DNA of 20,000 nt, taken from assembly GCA_000165425.1 (NCBI GenBank), contig CT868027.1, positions 240,782 to 260,781 on the forward strand. The letters run 5' to 3'. Origin of the DNA: Paramecium tetraurelia (taxonomy: Eukaryota). The translations under genes and the position numbers were made by a program. The notes beneath the pieces were generated by a model. The model was not told the origin of the DNA. It did no database searches and saw only the letters and a list, made by a program, of their open reading frames with translations. The number at the start of each line of letters is the position of its first letter. Positions within the stretch are counted from its first letter, which is position 1. Shown here piece after piece: positions 1 through 14,558 of the stretch.

Positions 1-3000
1 GATTATTATTTTGGTGATGATAATCATGATATTACTAATCAGAAGCCTTATCAAAAAAGACAATAATAACAAAAAGAAGATTAATAAAAATAGGATTTAT
101 ATTTTATAATGAAGACTAGGCCAGATGGAGAAAAATTAATCAAAATCAAACTTGAAAACAAAAATATTATTTTATTAATCGACTTTATTGTTGAAGTTGT
201 TTAATTCTTCAGATAACCATACAATGGAAGTGATAAGCAACCTTACTAAAGAAATCCTCATTTTAACAATTTCCCACCTATGGTGATAGAAATTAATGTT
301 GTGAATGTTTGGGCTATTGTTTTAGGGGATTTAGAGAAAGAGCATTTTGAAAAATCAAAATCCATAGGTATTCTTTTGGATTGCAATTATTCATAAACTT
401 GGTTAGGTGACAGTTGGTTTGGACCTGGAAGTTGTGAAAAAAATATTGAAGCTACTTTAAAAAAATTATACATCTTTCAAACCAATCATATCATTAACTT
501 AAAGTAAGATGAATAATCCAAGAAATCAACAGAAAAATTCATAATACCACCTCACCCTCCCTTAAGAACCCTATTAGAACCTTTCAAGGTTTGTATTAAA
601 ATGAAGTACTCTGTTGATTTCTATAGAAATGCTTTATTAAATTAAGAGATTTTTACATCTGAAGGAGTTCAGGTGAAAGAGTACTATACAGATTATAAAT
701 ATTATCATAAATGTTATCAATCTAAAAATGAGTGGGAAATAAGTTTAATAAATTCTGCGAGATTAAAAAATAATTTTAGTCTCTCAATTAGAGATATTGC
801 AGAATTATAATAAATCATTAATATCTTTTCTGCCAGAAAATCTCCTGAAGGTAAATACCATTTTTATAGGAAACCTTAACCTCCAGATCCATTTATTGAT
901 GATTGTATAAATACAAAAAAGATCAATATAGAGATGCTCAAGATTCAAATATTGAAAAACAAAGATGGAGTCAAAGCAGCTTAATTTGAATTGAAAAATT
1001 TAAGGATGTCTGATTTCAAAGATAATAAAAAGACTTAATTAAATCTATTAGCTTGTGTATCATTAGACTATTTTAATAAGAGAAAAATGGATTTCGAGCC
1101 TTTCCTTGAACCTTGGAAATTCACTATTACAACTTTGTCTTAGATTGAAAAACCTCCCGAGAATAAGGCTATTGATAGAGATTCAAATAAAATTACAATA
1201 GCAAATCATATTGAAAAGGAACTTAAAGGCGAAGAAGTTCCATATTATCTAAAAGATCATACAAATTCATTAAATATTAATATCACTCCTGCTTTAGTCG
1301 AAGTAGCTATGGAAGCATTGAAGATTTACAATAAAAAAATGGAAGATGAAGAACCATATAAAATTTTTAATAGATGTGGATATGCTTTGGAAATTAGAGA
1401 TATAAAAAAGGACCAACCTGTGAGAATTATTTAGGAGGATTCAGAATATACATATAATACATAAAAAGAACTTTGGGCAAAGGATTTTAAGAAACACAAG
1501 TCAGATTAATAATAAATGTTATTAAATTTAGTAATTTTGAAACCAAACAATTTAAAAGATAGAGATGAAGAGGAGGATGAGATTAAGGTCGAAATTAAAG
1601 TTGTTGAGAGTATTCATAGTAATAACTTTAGAAGAACGACTTTAGATTTCCCAAGCAAAAGCACTCAATCAAAAACTTTGATACCTTAAAATTAAACATA
1701 AGCAATGAATTAATATTCAAATATGAATTAATCTTAATACACAAGGAGTAGAATATACAAATCATAAAGAAATGAAAAAAATATTAGTAATTACAAAACA
1801 ATCAAGTACGTTAATTTTGATTTTGTGGGCAAGAAATTTTATCCATTGGTAAGATAGCATAAGAATGAATAACAGGACCTACACAGTGGGAAAAAAGGAA
1901 CTTTTGATGCATTTAAAACTAATATCGATAAAATTACTGGAGTTTTCTTAGCTGACACTAAGAAAATTAATGAAGAAAGGAATATCTATATTCAAGTCAA
2001 TGTAAATATCAATCCACAGAATGGTTCAAAAGAAATTCAAATTTAAAGTACTGTGAAAATATACAATTATTTAAGTACTTCTTTAGAATTAGGTTTCCAA
2101 GTGAATGGATAAATGAAAGAAACAACTTCAGTTAAATTAGAACCAAAATAGATTTATATTGTTCCTTTAGAATTTTTAGAAAATAAAACTGAAGTTAGAT
2201 TTACACCAGAGAAAATCTAAAATCGTCAATAAGACGAATAATTAGAAAGAAAATATTATCAATTAGACACATTATTGTGTGATCAACAATCATTAGGAGA
2301 ATTTGAAGTTGATAAGGATAATTCAATAGTTGAAGTGCTAGAACAAGCAACTCAAATTGTAACATCCTAAGGTAAATCAAATCCTGTAATCAAATCCGAG
2401 TTTAAATAAATTCATGATCCCTTAAATTATAAATATGATCACATAATAACCTCTATGAAAAGTAATATTAAAAGAAATAACTTTTATTTCATAATTAATT
2501 GTGTGAAAATAAAAAATTAAATCACCAATTAAAGGAAAGCAATGATTAATTTCAATGAAATTGGTGATTAAAAACCAAGTGAAGATGATAATGATGCTTG
2601 TTATGAAACTTATTTGATTTGTTATCCTATTTTTAAATTTACAAATGCAACAGTAAGAGACATCAATATACATTATGGTGTATTTTCTTCCAATAAATAA
2701 TAATCTGAAAAATAACTACCTTGTTCACCAGTAAATCCAGATTAGCATTTCTATTGTGAAACATTAGATTATCATGATGATATTGAAGTTTAATTTTCGA
2801 TTGAAAATTAAATAAAATTTGATCAAAATGAACCATAAAATGAAGATCTATTTAGAACTAAGCCATTTAAAATATTTAATAGAGGCTTTGGTCTAGGAGA
2901 AGAGAACAAATTTTAAATTAAGTTTAAACAATCAAAAGGTAATGATTAATACTTGACAGTTCTAATAAAAAAAAGATCAACTAAGTCAAGAGAATTAGTA

Positions 3001-6000
3001 TTATATTGTCCATACTTAATATTTAACGAGACAAATAAGCTATTGATATACAGAGAGTATGGATTAACTTAAGATATTCCTTCAGATGACTGGGTTTATT
3101 ATTAAAATTTTAGTAAAACCTATTAAAAGAATAAATAAAAGAAAGAAATAGAGTAACATTCTTAATATCATAATTTACATTAATTTGCTACAAGCACAAA
3201 TATGAACAAAATATAAGTTGCCATAGGATAATTAAATGATCAATAAGTGTCAGATATCTCTAAGTGGAGTAATCCAGTAAGCTTATAAAATAGCAATGTT
3301 CTAGAAATAATAGGATCAACTGAAATTTTAAAAAAAGATCATGAGTAATTACCATCAAAAGATAGTAAAAAGAGAGCAAGTACAGATGCCAAAGGAAAAT
3401 TTGAATTTGGTATGGCAATCACAAGTGGCCCTGGATCATTTCATAGAAGCAAATTAATCACAATTACACCTAGATTTATAGTGCATAATGAAACATAGTA
3501 TAATATAGCCATGGCCTAAGTAGATACTGAGTATAGAGATAATAATCTGTTGAGGTTGAAACCAGGAGATTGGAAATATTTTAGCTGGTCGAATATCAAA
3601 AAACCTGCTCTAGCCATGATCTCTTTTTATTAAGAATCAACTGGTCTAATATCAGGTTGGAGTGGGTACTTTAAACTATAGGTTTAAGAAATCTCATTAA
3701 AAATTCCTAGTATTAAACCAATTATAAATAACAATAATTCAGATTACTAATAACTTTATGTACTTTAGAAGGTTAATATAACATTAATGGATGATTTAAT
3801 CTTATTAATAAGATTCATATTAGAAGATCCAATAATTCCTCCTTATTATATAGAAAATTTAACTAAATATGAAATCACTTACAAACAACAATCATCTAGT
3901 CAAGCATAAAAATATAGATTAAATTAAGCTAATCCAATTATGTAAAATAACGAAATCAATAGGGGCATTCATCAGGTAATAGCTTCAAATCCAATTGGAT
4001 CTCAAGATTAGGAATTAATATAATTTTCTGCTGGAGGAAGTGAAGTTACTTATTTATAACCTGGAGAAAGAGTAGCTTTTACTTGGGATCATTGGATTGA
4101 TGACAAGGAACATGTACTAGAAGTTGAAATTGAGGGATAAACAGAGAAATATGAAATAGATAAGATTCAAAACTTTTAACCATTAACATTACCTGGTTAA
4201 TCATAAAAACGAAAAAAACTAGTAAATAAGAAATATCTTTATAAATAAGGAAATATATTTATTAAAGATTTGGATAAGCCCAAAGAATATTATTGTACTC
4301 TCAATGTTTTGAAATAAAAATTTAATGTTTATTCTTCAGATAAGAAATAACATGAATCATATTATTTATAAGGAGCAAAAGTAGATGAAAGTAAGGATAA
4401 TGAATTTGTATTAAAAATTAACCCAGAGAAAATGTTGTCCAAAAACTTACATTTCCAAACTAAGACAGTTGATGAAGCAAATTAATGGGTAGAATATTTA
4501 TGGAGAGCAATTTTAATTGATAAACCTGAAATGGTGGAATTAAAAATTGAGCCATCAAATTAAACTAAAGTAGTTACTTTTTTTTAAAATAAATCAAATG
4601 ATAGAGCTGATTCTCAAAAAGAAGGATCAGAAATTTAGTAAGATAAAGAAGAGGACACTTAACGTTAATAATTTACTTGTTATAAGATTTCAATAAGTAA
4701 TTGTGTAAGTATCTCTATTATCGATGAAACTCCAAAGGAAATATTATAAATCTGCTTTAAAAATATATAAGCTGAATATATTTTGATAGAAGAAGTTTAG
4801 AAAGACTTTCAATTAAGATAAAATTATGATGATGATGATAATACAAACGTATTAGCAGAAAAACCATAAATAAAATAAATAAAAGAGCATATAAACTTAT
4901 CAATAGATTTAATTATCATTAATAATTAAATAATAAATTCACAATTCCCTGTTTTGCTAGCCCCTAATAAAAAGAAAATATTTGGAAATCAATAACCATT
5001 TTTTGTATTGACTACTTACAGAAAAGATTAATCATAAATAAAAAAGTCAAATGCTAGTATGAATAATGGAAGTAGAGTAGTTGTTAAGAATGAATCAAAC
5101 GCTTAAGCAAACTAAGCTTAAGCTAATGATTAACAATAGAACCAGTCCAAATTTAAGATTTCTTATATTCACACCCTATAAATGTTTACAGATACCTTAG
5201 AAATTAGGTTGGATCATTAAATTTTAGATTAAATAATATAGTATTATAATTTAATAGCAGCCATTATATGGGATAGTAATTTTAGTGATGTATAATCTTC
5301 AAGCAATAGCTAATTTGGATTAGGATCTCTATAAAAAAAATAAGAAGAATAGTTAAAGAAAATAAAATAACATAGTATTAGCAAGATTTATCTCAAAAAT
5401 TTAATGCTGGAGCCAATTGATATATGTTTTACTTTAAAGTATATATTTGATGTAACTATTTAGATCATCTCCAGGGCACGTCATGAATTCATCATCTATA
5501 GGAGTCATAGCAGATTTGGGATTAACACTAGCATCAATTGACAGTGCAAAAATAAGATTAAATGCATTTAAGACTTAACATATATTTGGATCAAGTAATG
5601 AAATTATTGGCAGAATATCGAAGCATTACAAAGGGTATGTTTATACAATTAAATTCTTAGATAATTTTTAACATAAATTTATAAATTGTTAGGATCATTT
5701 GAAATATTTGGAAATCCAGTTTCTCTCATTTCAAATTTAGGAACAGGTGTAATTGATATGTTTTATGAACCAATATACGCTCTTGTCACAGGAAAGAGTG
5801 GTTACAAGGTAGGAGAAAAATTCTTTACTGGAGCAGTAACTTTAATCCACACTTCGATAACAGGTGTGTATAAAACAGTTAACACAATAATTGGAACAAT
5901 AATGAAGATTCTTGATTAAATGACTTTAGATAAGAAATATATGTCAGAAAGAAGCAATAGATTGAATAGAGCAATTAAAAATTTTAGAGAAGGATTGATA

Positions 6001-6733
6001 ATTGGATTCACTAATTTCGGAAAGATTTTATTTCAAACAATAATTGGAGTTTTAGAAAGACCAATTACTGGAATAAATGATGGTGGATTTTTAGGCTTTT
6101 TGTTGGGAATTTACTAAGGAATAATGGGAATTATAATCAAACCTACAGTAGGAATTTATGATCTTTTAATTACAATAATTGAAGGAATAAAAAATACAGC
6201 AATATATGAAGAACATATTATGGACACTCGATACAGACCACCAAGAATTTTTGGAGATAACAATCAATTAATCCCTTTTAATTTTAAGCATGCCATTGGT
6301 ACAGATATTATAAGGAGATACAAATTGAAAGTTATTGATGGAGAAAGTATTATCTTTTTTGATTAACTCAATATATCAGATGGAGACAAGAAAAAATAAG
6401 AAGCTTAAATAGTTTTGACTGATTCACGAATAGTTTATGTTTTGGTAATATTTATTTTTATACTTTTAGTCTCATTCATCTATTCATTGTGATAAAATAA
6501 TGATTTACAAAATTAAATCAATAAAATACTAGGAAAGGTAAAAGGTGCTGAGGTTTAAGCTTCATACTCCTGTTCGAAAATCTTGGTTTTAAGCAAATTC
6601 AACTAAATATGAATTAAAATATGAAAGTAAGATCAAAGCCATCAAGTTGGCTGAATAGATCTAAAAATCTTTTAAAGACAAATATAATATTCAATTAACT
6701 AATTTAAAGGAAACTTCAAATGAAAAAAAATGA
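1..6733 (+). CDS. VPS13: VPS13-family bridge-like lipid transfer protein, 3' part (5'-truncated by the window); introns 5439-5463, 5635-5660, 6445-6469
   Basis: Frame 1 is open from base 1 with TAA/TAG=Gln. Motifs: LDYFNKRKMDFEPFLEPW (~1063-1116); six VAB/SHR-BD repeat motifs with the conserved Asn (PYKIFNRCG 1354, STVKIYNYL 2047, PIFKFTNAT 2626, CPYLIFNET 3007, PRFIVHNET 3469, PPYYIENLT 3838); VSISIIDETPKEIL; LASIDSAKIRLNAF; LLGSFEIFGNPVSLISNLGTGVIDMFYEP; RYRPPR. Three GT..AG introns (25, 26, 25 nt) restore the frame. TGA stop at 6731-6733. Confidence 0.93.
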
Positions 6734-6760
6734 TCAACTTAATATATTTTGTAAAATATG

Positions 6761-7881
6761 TCAATTTTATTTGCTTTTAATTATTTGCAACAGTTTTTTA
6801 GACAAGTTTTATGACTCAGTCTAATTAAAATATTGATGATTCAGAGCATCCCTTAAGGAAATTCTTTTATTTGGGTTATATTATAACATTTTGGATAATA
6901 AATCAATTCCTTCACTACTCATTTTTAGCAATATTTTATATAAGTAAGCTGGGTCTCTCTTTTCAAATTGAATAATTTAAGTCAAATTTAAAAAACCAGG
7001 CCGATTTATTTCAGACCAGTATATTGACCATTTTCGATAATATTTGAATCTCACTTTCTCCTGAAAATAAAGTGTATCGGAGATAGAATTCTGCAAATAC
7101 ACAACCAATTGCCCACACATTTAAAGCTGGACCATATTTTTATGAATTGAAAAAGAGTTCGGGTGCCCTATATTAAATAGTACATGTTTATGTTGTCATA
7201 GGCTTATCCTCCCATAATCTTGCTGAACCAAAGTCTATTATTTTAAAAATACCATCTTCGTTATTAAAACATATTTAGGATTTAAAATCCCAATGCAGTA
7301 TCATTTTGGAAATAAGTTCATCAAATCCCTTTAAAAATTTTAGAGAAAAATTATTTTGATGTCTCTATCTTAAAATTATTCGCCAGTTCACTTTAAGATT
7401 AAATTATACAAAAAGTGATGCCATACGATCATAAACAAAATAAATTGAGCCAAATGTATTATCATTCTTTTTTTTTGATGTTTTCATTAACACATGCATA
7501 GGTATGATTAAATTTTAGTGAATCATATTATTCATAAAGCTGACCTCACATAAACTATAAATTTCCAATCCGCCCTTCTTTTTTAAGGGCTTGAACCTTT
7601 TTATTACTACAAATTATGGAAGAGTTTCTATTTTCACTAATGAAGGAATTCATTGAAATATTCTTTTATTATTTATAGATTTCTCACATTTATATAGGTA
7701 AATCTTATCATATGCTCCTCCTGGTAATTTTTTTATTTTTTTTACTTTTGTATAATGATCATGATCCACTTTGCATAATATTAATTGTACAAACAGTTTA
7801 AATTATGTTTGTAATATTTGTATATTGAATCTAATCTTAAATTCTTTTTAATAATTGATATTTGATATAATATTTATCCAT
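6761..7881 (-). pseudogene. Degenerate CDK-like (CMGC) Ser/Thr kinase
   Basis: Minus-strand translation gives PGGAYDKIY, VVIKRF, LHWDFKSQ, IIDFGSAR, YRAPELFF, YGPALNVWAIGCVFAEF, LFSGESEIQILSKMVNIL, DLLSKMLQYNPNKRISLRDALNHQYF. It has an in-frame TGA at 7652-7650, a frameshift with TGA near 7020-7011, and altered motifs (HRD>HWD, DVW>NVW, WPG>RPG). Terminal TGA at 6763-6761. The start position is uncertain. Confidence 0.8.
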
Positions 7882-7884
7882 CTA

Positions 7885-8560
7885 TCGATTATTTAGTTGC
7901 TTATTTAAATCAGTAAAAGGGACATATCTAATTCCTAAAAAATTTTAAATATTAATTTTCCATTTTGATCCATATCAATCACTTAAAACACTTTGTTTCC
8001 CTTACCAGGAGAAGTTAACATACGACGACGGCCTTTATCCAGTTATTCTAATCGTTTTTGTGATATTTGTTTCAGCTGCAGCACCTGCATGAATAGATTA
8101 ATAAGGGCCTTCTTACTCAAACCCTAATCTTCCATCTCCTTTTATAATTTATTTTTGCTTATCTTTAAACTATTAATTGTATACTCTCTATGATTATTGT
8201 AATTTACTAGCTTAAATTTGTGATTGAGTTTTCTTATTATAATTTCATCATTAAATAGATTGCAGCACATAAATATCAACTACCAGAACCAACATCAAGA
8301 GCTCTTACTCAGTTTTATAAATGAACCTTAAGTAATCTCTATTTAGTCATACAATACTAATGAATAAGCATGCATATGAGGAGCAGATATTGTTGCATTA
8401 AAGCCTATTTATAATAGGTAATCTTCATTAGCATAAATTTATCAGACTCGTTTATAAATTATTTGCGATCCTCAAATAATAAACCTTATTTCACAATTTC
8501 AGATTTAATAAAGCCTTCTTTAAATAAATTTTGCACTAAATTTTCTAGTTTATTATTCAT
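7885..8560 (-). pseudogene. PCMT1: Protein-L-isoaspartate O-methyltransferase (PCMT/PIMT) pseudogene
   Basis: Motifs QIGFNATISAPHMHAYSL, RALDVGSGS*YLCAA, KGDGRLGFEQEGPYQSIHAGAAA, VIDMDQNGK and IRYVPFTD are typical of PCMT. It has in-frame TGAs at 8311-8309 and 8278-8276, frameshifts near ~8437, ~8068 and ~7935, and apparent loss of the post-motif-I GIEH segment. ATG at 8560-8558. Confidence 0.88.
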
Positions 8561-8567
8561 TTAATTA

Positions 8568-9485
8568 ATGGACATTGAATTTTAAATAAAGGAAAATAAG
8601 GTAGCGATACTTATCATTGGAATGGCAGGCACTGGCAAAACAACTTTCGTTTAGGTTAGGAATCAATCATTATTATTAGCAATTAAGCAAGCAATTAAAA
8701 AATGAGAAGCATACTTTAATTAATCTCGATCCCGCTGTTTATTCATTACCTTATGAACCTGAAGAAGATATTCGTAAATCAATTAATTATAAAGAATTGA
8801 TGACTAAGTAAGTTATTCTTTTATCATAAATTCTAGAAATAAACTTGGTCCTAATGGAGCGATCATGACAGCCCTCAATCTTTACTCACTTTAATTAAAC
8901 TAATTAATTGAAAAAATAGAAAAATCAGACTCCAATATATAAATTATTGATACTCCAGGACAGATCGAAGTTTTCACTTGGTCAGCATCTGGCAATTTAA
9001 TATCTTAAACATTATCTATGTCTATGCCTACAATAATATTTTATGTTATTGATATTGCAAGATGTTAAAACCCTAATAGTTTTATGAGCAATTTATTATT
9101 TAGTTGTAGTATATTCTACAAATTTAAATTGCCTATGGTTATAGTTTTTAATAAGTGTGATGTGGCTGATTCAAAATAACCATTAGAATGGTTGAGAAAT
9201 TATGATTCATTTACAGAAGCTTTAAAGAATAAGGATACTTATTTATCTACTTTGAGCAAATAAATGGTTTTGACTTTAGAAGAATTTTATAATAACTTTA
9301 CAGTATTGGAAGTTTCATCATTAACTGGATAAGGTTTTGAAAAAATTAATGAAGTTATTGCAACTGCAAAGTAAGAATATATGAACATTACTCTTGTGGA
9401 TATTTAAAAGAGAATGAATGACTAAAAACAAAAAAATTATGACAAATAAATCAATCAGATAACTTAAAAAATTTAGAATTTGTGA
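8568..9485 (+). CDS. GPN1: GPN-loop GTPase 1 (GPN1/Npa3/XAB1), ~287 aa; introns 8655-8679, 8808-8836
   Basis: P-loop IGMAGTGKTT, INLDPAV, LGPNGAIMTALNL (GPN loop), DTPGQIEVFTWSASG, FMSNLLFSCSIFYK, FNKCD, VSSLTGQGF. Two introns (25 and 29 nt) give a clean frame to TGA at 9483-9485. Confidence 0.95.
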
Positions 9486-9496
9486 ATTATAGATAA

Positions 9497-11577
<2,081 letters not shown>

Positions 11578-11713
11578 TTATTCTTCTGAAAATTTATTAT
11601 TACATAATATTTAATCATTAATTAGATATCAATAATTTTTATTGTATTAGTCATCATACAAAGTTGGACTATAGGTTAAACAAAAAATGTTGATTTAAAA
11701 TACACAATAAATT

Positions 11714-14369
11714 TCATTTGCATTCATACCAATTATTTCCTATTTTAGCATCAACTTCTAATGGTAATTCAAGTTAAATTTCAAAAGGATTTTCCATTAA
11801 TTCCTTGACAATCTTCAAAGCTTCCTAAGCATTCTCTTCTGGTCCTTCCTATAAATATTTTAAACTATTTAATTACAAGAATTAATTCATCATGAACTTG
11901 CAAAAGTAATTTGTATCCTAAATCCTTCAATGATTAATTTTTATATATTTTAACCATAGCGGCAATTACAATATCTGCAGCCCCTCCCTAAATCGGAGTA
12001 TTTATTGCTGCTCTTAATCCATGATTAATATAAGATCTAGTTTATTATTAGAAGTATTTTTCCAAGTATCTATATCTTCCAAGTAAAGTTTAAGTGAAAA
12101 ATTAATTTTTTGCAATCATTCTCACATTATATTGCCATTATTCCTAAATTACACAAATATAATACCACTTCTTTTCTTTAAGCAAACCAAGCATCTATAG
12201 TTTTTTATGCTTCCTTCACTTCACATTACCAATCCTTTGCAAATCCAGTTGCAGTTTTACCATAAGCTATTGAAAAATTCAAAACTTTAGCCTTTCTTCT
12301 TTCTGCTGCATATTTGTCTTTTACTAATGGAGCCGGTGCTTTTCCTTTAGATTTGTCCCATTCAATTAATAATTCTCCTTTATCTATTTCTTCCTAGATA
12401 TGAGGAAACATCGTCTTAAAAAAGATTAATAATAATTTCATACAATGACAGTTCTAGAATGAAAATCTCCTCCTTTTAGAAAAGCGTCAATCATAGCTTT
12501 ACATTTAGTCATGTGAGCTAATACTCTTAATTCCAATTAACCATAATCAGCCACTATTAGTTTATTTCCCTTTTTAGCTATAAAGGATTTTCTTATTTTA
12601 TATCTATCCTTCTCTAATGCAGGTTAATTCAATAAATTTGGATTTCTAGAACTTAATCTTCCAGTTTCTGTATTTATATTAATACTGGTATGAATACGAC
12701 CTGATGGATCAGTTAATTCAATTAATGGGATAATAAAAGTATGTAATAAAACTTCTATGCTTTTTAATTCCAATAAATCATTTATTGCAACGCATGCATC
12801 AATACCTTTTTAAGGTTCCCCTTTACCAGCAAAGTGATGATATATCAATCCGTATTGTTATTTCTCTACATCCCCTGCTAGTTACTTTAAGGCATTATAA
12901 TCAGCTTACGGCATTCCACTAGGAGTATAACTTAAAGGTTCTATTCCTAAACCCTTAATAAGCATTTCAGTATATTTTAGAGGAGTTCTCTAATTCTCTT
13001 TAACAATTTAATTTATGTTATCAATTTAAAATCCTTTTACTTCAGGTAGATCTTCAACTTCTTTCCTTACAGATTTCTTCCTTCCATCTGAAAGATATTC
13101 ATCCTCTTCTTCTTCTTCTTTCATTGTTTAAGGAGTCTTTTTCACCTATTATTTTTTACATGGAGCAAAGAATAATTATTATAATTATTAAGTACTACTA
13201 CAATTGAATTACGACACATCTCCTTCTTAGGTAGTTTATACCCATTTAATAAAGTTTTATTCATATTATTTCATATCTTCTTCAGCTTTTACCTTAATGT
13301 TTTTTACGTGATCCATATCAACCTGCATACCTTCCCTCTCTAACTCTGTTAATATTTCTCCTAAAGAATTCCAATATTTACTATAGATATCACCTAAACT
13401 ATTAATTCCAAATTCATTTTATTTTGTCTTATAATCAGAATCTGTGGGTTTTAAATTATAAAATATTTTTGTTTTATTTAATAAATCTTTTAAAGTGAGA
13501 CATAAGAAATATGTTATTTCTGAATCTAAAGTAGAATATTCAACCCATTAGTTAATATATTGAGGGAGACAATGCATTTATAATATCTTAGGATATACTT
13601 TTAATTTACTAACTTAACCATTTTTTAGTTCTTTATTTTGTCCAAAGATCTATTTCATACTAGTTTTGAGATTGATATCAAGTAGATGATCTCCAAATAA
13701 TTAGAGGCTACTTCTTTCTTCATCTGTTAAGTTGGGTTTTGCCAATAAACATTCCATTCTTTTAGTTTTAACTAATTTTATTTCTTCTTCGTAAGCTAAT
13801 GATAATTTAGCTAAACTATATTCTTAAGGCTATTTAGATGGATCTAATAGTCTGGCCATATGCATAGTATCTCCAAAAAAGCCTCTAACATTAATTCCAT
13901 TATTGCCAAAAATGTGTTTATCAAAACCATAATTATGCCATATTTTTAATATCTTTTCATCCTCAAAATAATCTTTAAACAACATAATTAAATCACTATT
14001 CTGAGCAAAATTATCTATAAATAATCTAGGACCATTCCCAAAATTAACTTCAGGACCTGCAAACGCACTTGCACAAATTAATCTTCCTCTATTAATTGGA
14101 GTCTCACTCTTAACATCTATATCTATAGTTTCTGTATCCCATGCATGAGGCTATTTTTTGTATTTATTTAATATATCAATAACTCTTTTTGCATCATTTA
14201 TATTTCTGACAATAGTTACACCTGGTTACTCTTTTACATCTTCGATTGTCTTATTGTAATAAGACCGATATAAATCATACTCTGGTGTTTTTGAACTACC
14301 TCCTATTCTACTTTTAAGTGATGTTATGTTATTGATTTAAGCAAATTTACAAAATCGAAATTTTATCAT
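11714..14369 (-). CDS. Family A DNA polymerase of POP type (plant/protist organellar), likely the mitochondrial replicase, ~858 aa; introns 11849-11876, 12144-12165, 12415-12443
   Basis: 3'-5' exonuclease region: AWDTETIDIDVKSETPINRGRLICASAFAGPEVNFGNGP (resembles plant organellar Pol I), HNYGFD, DTMHMARL. Polymerase region: NTETGRLSSRNPNLLN, motif A DYGQLELRVLAH, motif B RRKAKVLNFSIAYGKT, AINTPIQGGAAD, motif C LQVHDEL. The N-terminus is basic and acid-poor. Three introns (28, 22, 29 nt) give an exact frame. Confidence 0.93.
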
Positions 14370-14558
14370 AAATTTATAATCACATTTAATTATATCAATC
14401 TAATTTATTATAATTCAAAAGTTCTTAAAATAGATGTGAAACCTTAAATACATCACAACATACAATTTAATACTTTTTAGGTATATTTTCATTTAGTAAT
14501 TGACATTTTTATAATTAAATTATAATTCATCATCTTCCAAACTTTGAGTATTAATAAT

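Noticed and set aside
851..869. Intron-like GTAAAT...TTATAG in VPS13
   Set aside because: It is only 19 nt, and removing it would break a frame that is open and continues into conserved VPS13 motifs.
7637..7687. 51-nt GTGAG..TAG segment (minus strand) whose removal would delete the in-frame TGA of the CDK-like gene
   Set aside because: It is about twice the size of every other intron here and has an atypical donor. The downstream frameshift and broken catalytic motifs would remain.
8276..8311. Two in-frame TGAs in PCMT at probable Gly (GGA) positions, suggesting UGA recoding or selenocysteine
   Set aside because: The same gene has several frameshifts and a deletion, and TGA is the terminator of all intact genes here. 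Simple G>T mutations in a pseudogene explain it.
11714..14369. Possible bacterial or phage polA horizontal insert or mobile element
   Set aside because: It uses the host genetic code, has three host-type tiny introns and POP-type motifs, and shows no flanking repeats or mobility genes.
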